From IMG/VR virus record IMGVR_UViG_3300042900_000746, positions 1 to 64,000 of that record: a DNA stretch of 64,000 nucleotides; one strand, given 5' to 3'. Position 1 is the first letter of the stretch, and every line of letters begins with the position of its first letter. The stretch is from a virus (taxonomy: Duplodnaviria > Caudoviricetes). The notes beneath the pieces were generated by a model. It was not told where the DNA came from and made no database searches. It worked only from the letters and a program-made list of their open reading frames with translations. Below, one piece after another: positions 26,571-35,073 of the stretch. The translations under genes were made by a program, and so were the position numbers.

Positions 26571-26762
26571 TCAGTCGACCATCTGTTCACGAGCCTCAGC
26601 AGCCGAGATTCGCTCAGTGTCTACTTCTCTGTAGAGCATCTCACCAAGAGTTGAGCGACGATTGCTTGAGCTTGTTGCAATCTTCTCTGCGTCTGCTTTA
26701 TTGTTAGCCTTCACGAGCGAAGTTGTAGTCACTGTGAAATACTTGAACTTGTTATCTGACAT
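26571..26762 (-). CDS. Hypothetical protein
   Basis: 63 aa, RBS GAAAGG, followed by a terminator. Confidence 0.7.
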   Translation of the reverse strand: MSDNKFKYFTVTTTSLVKANNKADAEKIATSSSNRRSTLGEMLYREVDTERISAAEAREQMVD

Positions 26763-26777
26763 TGGTATTACCTTTCA

Positions 26778-27182
26778 TTAATTTGATGGATAATTGGTTG
26801 CGATATATTCTATCGCATCTTGCATTGTTGATGCAAGTTTTGTTGCCATATACTTTAGGTAGACTCTATTCTTATTAGAGTCACAGCAAAAGACTACTGC
26901 TGGCTGATTATTAAACTTAGCCCAAGCTAACTCAAAATCAGTACCTATATATGCGCGATCTTGTAACATATATTCTACCAGAATAATATCTGCTCTGCGT
27001 TGCATGAACAAATTTTTCTCAACAATTTCTTCTGGCGTTTCATAGCCTTCACCAACAATAGTAGTTGGATCTAACACATCATATCCAGCAAGGTGCAATC
27101 CTTTAGTTGCTGATTTGCGCCAAAAACGACCATAATCTTCAACTCCTTCGATTGCTCCTGAAAGAAATACTTTAAGCGGCAT
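26778..27182 (-). CDS. Nucleoside 2-deoxyribosyltransferase-like protein
   Basis: VFLSG.I, WR, VLDP, ADIILV, GTDFEL.WA. Confidence 0.8.
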   Translation of the reverse strand: MPLKVFLSGAIEGVEDYGRFWRKSATKGLHLAGYDVLDPTTIVGEGYETPEEIVEKNLFMQRRADIILVEYMLQDRAYIGTDFELAWAKFNNQPAVVFCCDSNKNRVYLKYMATKLASTMQDAIEYIATNYPSN

Positions 27183-27591
27183 ATGATACTCCTGGCCAAT
27201 AATATTCTAAATCATTTGGTTCGTCAAAATATTGTGAATAATATCCAAAATCTTTACGAAGAAGATTTGATCTATGTGATCTATGGAATTCATCAATGCC
27301 AAACCATGCTGGCATGACTACTGAGTTTGGTTCTATTTCCTCAAAGGACATATTATTCTTATATCCTCTGCGGGACCATTCGCGGATAGTCATATTCTGA
27401 TACAACTTTAAAGCGGATTCATAACCAGTCCACATCAGTGTTACTGGATGATTTCTCCAGCCTTTTGTTGGTGTTCTTTCTAAGAGTATATTGAGAACTT
27501 GAAATGTCTCAACGCGCTGTTTTCCAAGACGACGATAATCTAATACTTCTACAGATTTTTGAAAGTCTGCATATGGTAGAAATGTCTGCAC
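27172..27591 (-). CDS. MSMEG_6728-family / pyrimidine-dimer glycosylase (DenV)-like protein
   Basis: MQTFLPY.DF..S...LD.RRLGKQRVE..Q, GW.NHP...MW.G, EW.RRGY, H.SHRSNLLRKD, Y.WP. Confidence 0.85.
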   Translation of the reverse strand: MQTFLPYADFQKSVEVLDYRRLGKQRVETFQVLNILLERTPTKGWRNHPVTLMWTGYESALKLYQNMTIREWSRRGYKNNMSFEEIEPNSVVMPAWFGIDEFHRSHRSNLLRKDFGYYSQYFDEPNDLEYYWPGVSYAA

Positions 27592-27592
27592 T

Positions 27593-27991
27593 TTAATCCT
27601 TTTTAAATTCGGTGAATGTTTTGTCGCCTACGCCAAAGTATTCTCTAGCAAGACCAGATGCTATTATAGCATCATTTAGGCACTCTCCGGCTTGATTCCA
27701 TACTCTTGCTAGCACTCTTCCATACTTTTCATTCTTGTCAATAATAGTTTCTATCTTAACCTTATGGCTAGCGGCTGTTAACCATTGATCAGTAAATTCT
27801 TTTGCTGCTAAGCCCATTTTCTTTTCTTCGAGATTCGTAGTGCGACTCTCGGGAGTATTTACTCCATAAAGACGAACTCTACCCTTTTTCAGGGTGTCAA
27901 ATCCTAAGTCAATAACAATATCAAATGTATCGCCATCAACAACTTTTTTTACTTCTGCGTTATATATCCATGGATTTAATTTATCTGACAT
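27593..27991 (-). CDS. Thermonuclease (staphylococcal nuclease-like)
   Basis: VVDGDT, DLGF, RVRLYGVNTPE, KYGRVLA. Confidence 0.9.
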   Translation of the reverse strand: MSDKLNPWIYNAEVKKVVDGDTFDIVIDLGFDTLKKGRVRLYGVNTPESRTTNLEEKKMGLAAKEFTDQWLTAASHKVKIETIIDKNEKYGRVLARVWNQAGECLNDAIIASGLAREYFGVGDKTFTEFKKD

Positions 27992-27992
27992 T

Positions 27993-28784
27993 TTAATCTC
28001 TTTCTATTCCAATGTAGTCGCATGCTTTGCGAAATATTGCTTGACTTTCTTTGAATTTAGAATCCGCTTCTCCACCAACCGGTGAAGATTTGTGCCAGCT
28101 ATGGCCAATGGAAACAGTTCCATCATACACCACATTATAGCCTAGATGTCTTGCAAAATATGAACACCACGTCTCTTCGTAATAGTGGGGAGTGGGGAGG
28201 AATGCGCCTGTTGCTCCAGGATACATCTCTTGATACTTAGGATGATTTGTTAATGTGTCCCAAACTTCTCTGCGGATAAAGTAGGCTGAGCCTGAGACCG
28301 TAACACATGGAACTCTATCTTTATAGAGCTGGTCGTCAAAATCACTTTGTCTCCAACCACGATGAGCTGGAGCTGTATTGGTGCCAACAATTCCCGCATG
28401 CGTTATTAATCCATTTTCATCTCTTTGCTTAGGACCAAGAATATGAATATCTGGATTCTCATCAAAAATTTGTTGAGCTCTTACCATCGACGCACTAGTC
28501 ATCCATACGTCTGCATTTAACAGTGCGATTATATCGGATGATCCTTCTCCAGCTAATTGATTGCAGGCTCCAGAGTATCCTATATTGTCATTATCATAGA
28601 ATTTATTAATTCTATATCTTTGATAATTATATTTCAACCAATCAACACTATCATCTTGTGAGCCGTTATCTGCTATGTATAGATTCCAGACCTTAGCAGT
28701 CTCATGCAAATCGCTATGAAGGCAATCTAAAAATCTATTCAGTAATGATCTTGTATTGTAGTTAATTACGCAGAGGTCTATCAA
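27993..28784 (-). CDS. Glycosyltransferase family 2
   Basis: INYN, DNGSQD, NIGY..ACN, LLNAD, VSGS...IRR, YYEET. Confidence 0.88.
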   Translation of the reverse strand: MIDLCVINYNTRSLLNRFLDCLHSDLHETAKVWNLYIADNGSQDDSVDWLKYNYQRYRINKFYDNDNIGYSGACNQLAGEGSSDIIALLNADVWMTSASMVRAQQIFDENPDIHILGPKQRDENGLITHAGIVGTNTAPAHRGWRQSDFDDQLYKDRVPCVTVSGSAYFIRREVWDTLTNHPKYQEMYPGATGAFLPTPHYYEETWCSYFARHLGYNVVYDGTVSIGHSWHKSSPVGGEADSKFKESQAIFRKACDYIGIERD

Positions 28785-29035
28785 TTTATTTCTCCAAATT
28801 CAATTACCGCATCAAAAGCGGATGTAGGACTTAATCCGAATTCTACTAAGGATAGGAATTCTTGTTCTATATCAAACAATATATCAGAGTCATAAAACTC
28901 TTTTAATCTATTTTTATATTGATATACAGTTGGATCTTTTTTCTTGGGTTTTAAAGAATTCATAGATTTATTTCTAGCAATTGAAACACCCAAAATAAAA
29001 GAGCTAATCAAGAAAGTAATTTTACCATTCTTCAT
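28781..29035 (-). CDS. Hypothetical protein with N-terminal hydrophobic segment
   Basis: Coupled ORF; start uncertain. Confidence 0.55.
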   Translation of the reverse strand: MKNGKITFLISSFILGVSIARNKSMNSLKPKKKDPTVYQYKNRLKEFYDSDILFDIEQEFLSLVEFGLSPTSAFDAVIEFGEIN

Positions 29036-29240
29036 ATTCATCATCTGATTCATCATAGTGATTTTCATTAGCTTGAAATCTTATGTGATCTGCTATTTCC
29101 CTAAATGAATCTGAATGTTCATCTTGATGTTCAGTTGCTAAATAATCATATGTTTCGGCTATGTGCATAGCTAATTCATGATTGATGACGATTGCAGTTT
29201 CGCCTACATTTAGTTTAACTGAGATTTTCTTCTTACTCAT
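29022..29240 (-). CDS. Hypothetical acidic protein
   Basis: Coupled ORF; start uncertain. Confidence 0.6.
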   Translation of the reverse strand: MSKKKISVKLNVGETAIVINHELAMHIAETYDYLATEHQDEHSDSFREIADHIRFQANENHYDESDDEYEEW

Positions 29241-29454
29241 TTTCTTCCTTGTCATTACTTTCTTGCTCATTACTTACTTTGTATAAACACATATTATCAG
29301 TGTCTGGTTCAAATGTTACGAAAAATATGTTCTTATCTTCTAATGACATCCCTTCGGGGGGAGGGCTATCAAGTGCTATTTTCTTAGATGAACATCCGTA
29401 AACTTGACTATGATTTTTATATACTACCATATAATTTAGTTTAGCCGCTGGCAT
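29233..29454 (-). CDS. Hypothetical protein
   Basis: Start MPAAK after GAGG. Confidence 0.6.
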   Translation of the reverse strand: MPAAKLNYMVVYKNHSQVYGCSSKKIALDSPPPEGMSLEDKNIFFVTFEPDTDNMCLYKVSNEQESNDKEENE

Positions 29455-29902
29455 TATTAACCTCGAATACATTGATTGAACATTCTGATAAAAATTTCTT
29501 TACATTATCCCAATCCTTATAGGATTCATCATATATGTAATAGACATTTTTTATTGTTGAATTAGCTATTAGCTTAGCGCAAGAAAAACATGGAGGACCA
29601 TTTATATATATGTTTTCTGGTCTACTAGAATAATCCGAATGGAGAAGAGCATTAGCTTCAGCGTGAACTGCTATGCAGTTATCATAATTTGATCCACTAG
29701 GTGACTTCTCAGCTAATCTAGGGCATCCACCGTCTTCACAGTGCTGCTTTCCCTTAGGTCCACCGTTATATCCGACTCCGACTATGTGCCCCTGTGTATC
29801 TACTAGGACAGCTGAATATTTTCTTTTTCCACAAGTAGAAAAAATATTAGCCACGGAAATACACATCTGCATGTATTGGGTATCTTTTCTTGTAACTGTC
29901 AT
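29441..29902 (-). CDS. dCMP deaminase
   Basis: STC, GYNG.P.G..HC, HAEANA, PCFSCAK. Confidence 0.92.
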   Translation of the reverse strand: MTVTRKDTQYMQMCISVANIFSTCGKRKYSAVLVDTQGHIVGVGYNGGPKGKQHCEDGGCPRLAEKSPSGSNYDNCIAVHAEANALLHSDYSSRPENIYINGPPCFSCAKLIANSTIKNVYYIYDESYKDWDNVKKFLSECSINVFEVNNASG

Positions 29903-30060
29903 AGAACTAATATAGCTGCTATCGCTGAAGCTAGTATGGATATGGCAATTATTATTTTTCTATTCTTTGTATTAGTTGCAGATTGAGACATAGAATGCAT
30001 CGTAAATGCCCAATTAATAAATACTACAAATAGAATTACTCTAATTGCATCTACTATCAT
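29899..30060 (-). CDS. Small two-TM membrane protein, 53 aa; not in ORF track
   Basis: MIVDAIRVILFVVFINWAF...IIIAISILASAIAAILVL; ATGA overlaps at both ends. Confidence 0.65.
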   Translation of the reverse strand: MIVDAIRVILFVVFINWAFTMHSMSQSATNTKNRKIIIAISILASAIAAILVL

Positions 30061-30770
30061 GATACACCAGTCAACAAAGGTATCGATACAGGAAATTTAT
30101 CAATAATTAAATCTTTGACAGCGCGGGCGTAGTCTTGGATCTCTTTCTGAGAGTCTTCTTCAAGGCGTTGGTTAAGGAATAGGGCTACTGATTGTAGGCT
30201 GCATGACCATCTGTATATGACATACATGCCGTATGCCGGGAGAAACAATCTTGCCTGTTCAGCTGCCACACCATTTTGCATAGCCATGTTGTAAAGAGCT
30301 TCACCCTGCTGGATGTAATCTTCCAATTGCTGAGACAGCAATGTTCCAGTCCAGGGATCAAGAGGTCCTCCAGACCCCTGCTTCTTATTGTCTGGTGCCA
30401 GTCTCCACTCTTCTTTTAAGGGAATATAAAATTCAGGCTCAGAAGTTACATATCTTCTACTAGATTCATTCCAAGAATCCATAGTATGATCTGAACCAAT
30501 TACATACTTCCAATGTTGGCGAGCAACCATCAATGGTGCCTTAAATTCAAATGTCATAAACGCATGTCTGAAAGGCGACATATGATTTTCTCTCGCTAAA
30601 TAATCAATCAATCTTGCATCGGCCGCTGATAGTTCAATTGATTCTTTTGCAAAAGATGCTCGTGCGGCGTTTGCCACACTAAGATCCGAACCCATTATAT
30701 CAACTAATCTTACATAACCTTTGTCTAAAACTTTTTTAATGGAGGGTTCATTAACTGAATCATATTCCAT
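30057..30770 (-). CDS. thyX: Flavin-dependent thymidylate synthase
   Basis: GYVRLVD.MGSD..VANAARAS, H.SPF.H, PL.VARQ, WNESSRRY, A.EQAR.FLP, Q.EI..YA. Confidence 0.93.
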   Translation of the reverse strand: MEYDSVNEPSIKKVLDKGYVRLVDIMGSDLSVANAARASFAKESIELSAADARLIDYLARENHMSPFRHAFMTFEFKAPLMVARQHWKYVIGSDHTMDSWNESSRRYVTSEPEFYIPLKEEWRLAPDNKKQGSGGPLDPWTGTLLSQQLEDYIQQGEALYNMAMQNGVAAEQARLFLPAYGMYVIYRWSCSLQSVALFLNQRLEEDSQKEIQDYARAVKDLIIDKFPVSIPLLTGVS

Positions 30771-31119
30771 TTTCATCTCCTTCATCGTCTATGTCTAAAT
30801 CAGAGTAATATTCTATCATACATTCGTTAAAGTCTTCAGATATTTTATAGAGTGAAGACAATAAACTACTGTAAATGTTATCTCCATTAGTTATTAATTG
30901 TTCTTCTCCATCAACTGAATTTATTAAAACTTCAGATATATGACTCATAGCATCTGATAGCGATTGCTGGATTAAAAGGAGTTCTTTTAATCCAAGCTTT
31001 ACATCTTTTTCAAAATGATCTGACATATCTTTTAATTCATCTGAACTAACAATTTCAGTAAATATCTTTTCAAAATCTTCATTGTCAAAGTCTTCTTTTT
31101 CAGGCATGATATTTGTCAC
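30760..31119 (-). CDS. Hypothetical acidic protein
   Basis: Coupled between nrdJ and thyX. Confidence 0.65.
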   Translation of the reverse strand: MTNIMPEKEDFDNEDFEKIFTEIVSSDELKDMSDHFEKDVKLGLKELLLIQQSLSDAMSHISEVLINSVDGEEQLITNGDNIYSSLLSSLYKISEDFNECMIEYYSDLDIDDEGDENGI

Positions 31120-33050
31120 TTAATCGGACAAGCTCCGCCTTCACACTCAAGGTTATCTAATAAATCTATATTGCTTGAGTCGGCAAAATTGATTCCATCT
31201 TTAATTTTTGACTTTAACTTATTATATGTATCCAATGTAATTTCTTCATATGGAGCCATAATAAAACCATGATCACTATGAAGAAGGAATGAAACTGACT
31301 TTACCTTATTTTTATAGTTCTTTTTCATCCACTCTTGAATTTCGGGAAGCTCTTCTTTACGATAATATACCGTAACACTTACATTATTGTCTGCCCAACT
31401 TGTTTGGGCACGAACTACCCATTCTAGTTGCTCTATAGCAGTCAGTTCCTTTGCCAGGGTAGCGTGTTCGGGCGTTTCGCATGGGAACTCCACTACACAA
31501 ATTGTATGATTTTCCTTGCCATCTAGCCCAATATCGTATTGAACTTTATGACCTTTTTCTCTACAATAATTAACCAATGGATCATTGCTTCCCATGCGTA
31601 CACGGCGAATATAATATTGCGCGTACGCAGGATGAATGCCGGGAGTAACTCCAGCTAGAAGACTTAATGTTCCACTAGGCTTAACCGTTGTTAATTTAAT
31701 TGATTTATTAATTTTAATTTCATTTGACCACTTTTCGTCAACAGCTTTAAGATTTTTATAAGCGTCGTCAACCCAAGACAATTGTTCTTCCGTGGCTTGG
31801 AGCCAGCCAGTAATGCCTTGACCTAATCTTCTATTTCGCTCAATTACATCTCGGCTCTTTTTGTATGGGTAAGCCAATGTTGTAATAGCTTTTTGCGTCT
31901 TATAGAGAAGTGCACTAACATCAAATAGTTCTTCTTTAGAAGAAATATTAGGTAAGAAAATCTCAGCTAAGTTACAAGGCTCGCCGTCTTCTAGGCCAAT
32001 TTCTCCACATGGATTAGTTCCAATAACTTTATTGTCATTGACCTTTTCGCCAAGTCTACCATTCTTGCGAATTAAATTACGGTTAATCAAACCATACGGC
32101 TCACCAGATCCATCATAACCCTTCCAGAATTCATCAATTATTTCGTCATATGAATCTGCGTAGATTGAGTTATTAGAGTTTGCACGCCAAGCTGGGATAT
32201 CTCCCTTGCCCCAATTCTTAGCCTTTAAGAAGAGGAAGTCATCAGGATCTCCAATGGCGATTTGAGCAGAACGGCGAGCAGAGCCAGCTACTACTATTTT
32301 GCCTATTATGTTAGCGATATCTAGGGCATCGATGGAACGAATTTTCTTTCCAACTCTAGCATTAAGAATGTCGCATATATTTAGAATTCCCTCAATCAGA
32401 ACTTCAGGGCCTGATGCTGTTCCCCCAAATGTCTTGAGAGTTGCGCCATATCCACGAACTAGAATAGTGCTATAAGTAAAAGATTCTCCAGTTTCAAAGT
32501 AACTCTTAAGAACTTTACCAAGCAGAGCTGACCAACCATTGCGTGAATCACCTACAATAAAGTCAGCATCGTTAGTTTTTTCATGGCGAACATATCCCAC
32601 ATTTTGTACTTTAGGGAAATCGTGGACGCTAGCTCTTTCGACTGTAAAACCGACTCCACCGCCAACCATTAAATGATCCATTAGGAATTGAAAATCTTCA
32701 ACCTTTGAGATTGTTGTCATCCAACAGTTCACTAAAGAAACACCACTCATTTTTTCCACCAAGGGTGTCCCTAATTGCCACAAGCAGCGCCCAGCAAAAA
32801 TACCCTTAAGGTTAAAGATGTAATCAAATAATCTTTCGGCTTCTTCTTTCGTGTAATTCGCCCCAATTGCTTGTGCACCGTTAATACAGCGTTCGATTGT
32901 TTCATGCCAGTATTCTTTGCGACCAAGGGATTCAATATCTCTTGAATAAGTTCTGCGATAGACTATTTCCCCTAAACCATTAAAGCCCCAAGGTGCTTTT
33001 TTATCTGCGTATGAATTAACGAATTCTTTTGAAAGAATAATATTTTCCAT
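31116..33050 (-). CDS. nrdJ: Class II (adenosylcobalamin-dependent, monomeric RTPR-type) ribonucleotide reductase
   Basis: Y.RTYSR, NC, GGGVGF, GTNPCGEI, CNLAE, TTVKPSGT.S, C-terminal CEGGACPIK. Confidence 0.93.
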   Translation of the reverse strand: MENIILSKEFVNSYADKKAPWGFNGLGEIVYRRTYSRDIESLGRKEYWHETIERCINGAQAIGANYTKEEAERLFDYIFNLKGIFAGRCLWQLGTPLVEKMSGVSLVNCWMTTISKVEDFQFLMDHLMVGGGVGFTVERASVHDFPKVQNVGYVRHEKTNDADFIVGDSRNGWSALLGKVLKSYFETGESFTYSTILVRGYGATLKTFGGTASGPEVLIEGILNICDILNARVGKKIRSIDALDIANIIGKIVVAGSARRSAQIAIGDPDDFLFLKAKNWGKGDIPAWRANSNNSIYADSYDEIIDEFWKGYDGSGEPYGLINRNLIRKNGRLGEKVNDNKVIGTNPCGEIGLEDGEPCNLAEIFLPNISSKEELFDVSALLYKTQKAITTLAYPYKKSRDVIERNRRLGQGITGWLQATEEQLSWVDDAYKNLKAVDEKWSNEIKINKSIKLTTVKPSGTLSLLAGVTPGIHPAYAQYYIRRVRMGSNDPLVNYCREKGHKVQYDIGLDGKENHTICVVEFPCETPEHATLAKELTAIEQLEWVVRAQTSWADNNVSVTVYYRKEELPEIQEWMKKNYKNKVKSVSFLLHSDHGFIMAPYEEITLDTYNKLKSKIKDGINFADSSNIDLLDNLECEGGACPIK

Positions 33051-33053
33051 TTG

Positions 33054-33764
33054 TTATGCTCCTATTTTATTTTCTATTTTTCTTATGTATTTAGGGTTTA
33101 TTTTAGCTATCTCTGTTGATTTTATCTTGCATATTTGATCTAATGTATACACTTTGTGTATTTGCTTTTCAAAAAAGTATCCACTTCGCCAATTGAATAC
33201 TTTATTTACAAATACTTTATGATTTACAAACATATTACATATTACTGCTCCACCATAGGCTTTGACAATATTCTTAAATTTATTTTCAATATCCTCACGA
33301 TTACTATCGTTTATGCAGTCATGACTTACTGCTGACTCATATAGCCAGTTATAAGCCTGCCTAGTCATTGGTGCTATATCAATTGGCTCTACAATACCAA
33401 GGGTTATTATTTTATTTCTATTCTTAGATATTTCGAGATCTTCTTTTAGAACATCTATAAATATCTTAAACCAATCATCTCTGTAGAACTGTTTCCACGC
33501 AGTACACCAAAATAATAGATTACTAGGCGGGTCTGGTATGGGCGTATTTTCCACTAGAGGAAGTATAGTAGCGCAAGCTACTGCTCGTTTAATGTGGTCT
33601 TTTGCTTCAGTTTCGTTACTAAATTTGTTCATTGAGTTTTTCCACAGAGCAGCTATGTGTTCTGACCAATTTATATCTGCTATGTACAGTTTCAAGTACT
33701 TTTCTGCAACAGAAAGTGGAAGGCTATTGCTACTAATGGCTTCTTCTATTTCTTTCATTGACAT
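33054..33764 (-). CDS. Hypothetical protein (first gene of the nucleotide-metabolism operon)
   Basis: 236 aa, RBS GAAGGA. Confidence 0.75.
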   Translation of the reverse strand: MSMKEIEEAISSNSLPLSVAEKYLKLYIADINWSEHIAALWKNSMNKFSNETEAKDHIKRAVACATILPLVENTPIPDPPSNLLFWCTAWKQFYRDDWFKIFIDVLKEDLEISKNRNKIITLGIVEPIDIAPMTRQAYNWLYESAVSHDCINDSNREDIENKFKNIVKAYGGAVICNMFVNHKVFVNKVFNWRSGYFFEKQIHKVYTLDQICKIKSTEIAKINPKYIRKIENKIGA

Positions 33765-33827
33765 TTAAAATCCTTCATAAAATCGGATAAACACACTAAA
33801 AGGTATAAAAGGCTGGCATGAATAAGA

Positions 33828-33852
33828 CAACCCCGCCATTAAGGCGGGGCTG
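33828..33852 (-). terminator. GC-rich stem-loop, probable terminator
   Basis: Minus strand CAGCCCCGCC-TTAAT-GGCGGGGTTG followed by TCTTATT. Confidence 0.7.
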
Positions 33853-33882
33853 CTTATAGTATTTACTTCCTGCATACACATC

Positions 33883-33891
33883 ATTATAGCA
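33883..33891 (-). promoter_or_regulatory. Extended -10 TGCTATAAT flanked by ACACAT/ATGTGT inverted repeat
   Basis: Sequence ACACAT-cattatagc-ATGTGT at 33876-33896. Confidence 0.5.
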
Positions 33892-33923
33892 TGTGTTACT
33901 GGAGACTTGTGTGAGATTACGGA

Positions 33924-34121
33924 TTATTTGATTGTTGCTGCACTTTCGGGATCGCCCATTTTTGTTGCGACCAAACCTTTAACAACACTTATTGCTGCTG
34001 CAACCGCAGCTGTGGCAGCTGATTTGATTTCATCAACACCACCTACGGTATATACGGCTATAAAAGCTTGCGCTGCTGTCCAAATAGCTCTTTCTAAAAT
34101 ATCTTTTTGTAATTTATTCAT
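33924..34121 (-). CDS. Holin, r1t-like family
   Basis: KD.LERA..T.AQA.IA...A.AA.ISV.K, as in Gram-positive/actinophage r1t holins. Confidence 0.8.
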   Translation of the reverse strand: MNKLQKDILERAIWTAAQAFIAVYTVGGVDEIKSAATAAVAAAISVVKGLVATKMGDPESAATIK

Positions 34122-34131
34122 AATACCTACC

Positions 34132-34380
34132 TTAGGAAAAATTCTTTCTAATTAGCTTCTCTATAAGAAGATGAAAAGTTAAACCTAGCCACACTCCTGT
34201 GAATATACTTCCTGTTATTTTATTTTCTGTATGCCTCCAAAAAGCTCGAGTTAGTGTCTCGATTTTTTTGGACTTTATAGCATATATATCATACACTATA
34301 ATACCAAGGGCTAAACCGCCCCAAGCTATAGCCCCACTTTTTTTATCATCTTTTTCTAAGATGAGTGGGGTGCCAAACAT
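34132..34380 (-). CDS. Two-TM membrane protein
   Basis: AWGGLALGIIVYD...ETLT...W.GLTFHL, resembling actinophage membrane proteins; start MFG 1 nt after the upstream stop. Confidence 0.65.
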   Translation of the reverse strand: MFGTPLILEKDDKKSGAIAWGGLALGIIVYDIYAIKSKKIETLTRAFWRHTENKITGSIFTGVWLGLTFHLLIEKLIRKNFS

Positions 34381-34381
34381 T

Positions 34382-35011
34382 TTAGAGAGCTTTAGCGGAA
34401 GCAACTCCGTTAAATTCCTTAACCTTTTCACGACCATAATCTCCAGTAGTATTTGCTTGACCGTAACCACTAGTGAATACTACGGTACTGGGAACACCTT
34501 TGAATTCATTTGGTTGGAAGAACCCGAAAGACGAGGGAGCTCCCTGCGCTTCCGTACGCTGAGCGTGGCCAGTGTTGGCAAAAATGTTAGCTGAGGGGAC
34601 ACCGTCAAATATGTAATTATCATATAAGGCGTAGTCATTGCTTCTATTGATTGCATGTCCAAATGTTGAAGGGAATGCAGATGCGCCAGCTAAGCCTTTG
34701 AATTCCTGTGGTCTGAATCTTGCACCATCATACTGTGCGCCGTCTTGGAAGGTTCCAGATAGTGGGTGAATATACAGAGTGGTACCATTGAATAACTGGG
34801 ACAGGAATCTGTTTCCAGGGAACTGACCGGTGCCAGGAGCAAAATGATTGTCAGGAGCGCCATCTAAAACATGGCTTGTGCTATATAGCGGATAGAAAGA
34901 ATAAGTGCCAGTGCCCTTAGCCTTTCCTGTCATTGATGTATATGGATTAACCATTCCAGCAGTGGTTCTACCCTTTAAAACTGGTCTAGGTCCTACGTAA
35001 AAAGTGGCCAT
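34382..35011 (-). CDS. Putative virion protein (Gly/Phe-rich, internal repeats)
   Basis: Strong RBS AAGGAG; repeated P.EFKG segments; sits at the end of the structural block. Confidence 0.65.
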   Translation of the reverse strand: MATFYVGPRPVLKGRTTAGMVNPYTSMTGKAKGTGTYSFYPLYSTSHVLDGAPDNHFAPGTGQFPGNRFLSQLFNGTTLYIHPLSGTFQDGAQYDGARFRPQEFKGLAGASAFPSTFGHAINRSNDYALYDNYIFDGVPSANIFANTGHAQRTEAQGAPSSFGFFQPNEFKGVPSTVVFTSGYGQANTTGDYGREKVKEFNGVASAKAL

Positions 35012-35073
35012 TTATTTTCTCCTTATGAAAACTACGTGACTTTATAGTACAGAAAAATTTCCTTTTTTAAACA

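Noticed and set aside
16725-33050. Inteins or introns in dnaE, dnaB or nrdJ
   Set aside because: Lengths are ordinary, motifs are contiguous, and no intein or homing-endonuclease signature is visible.
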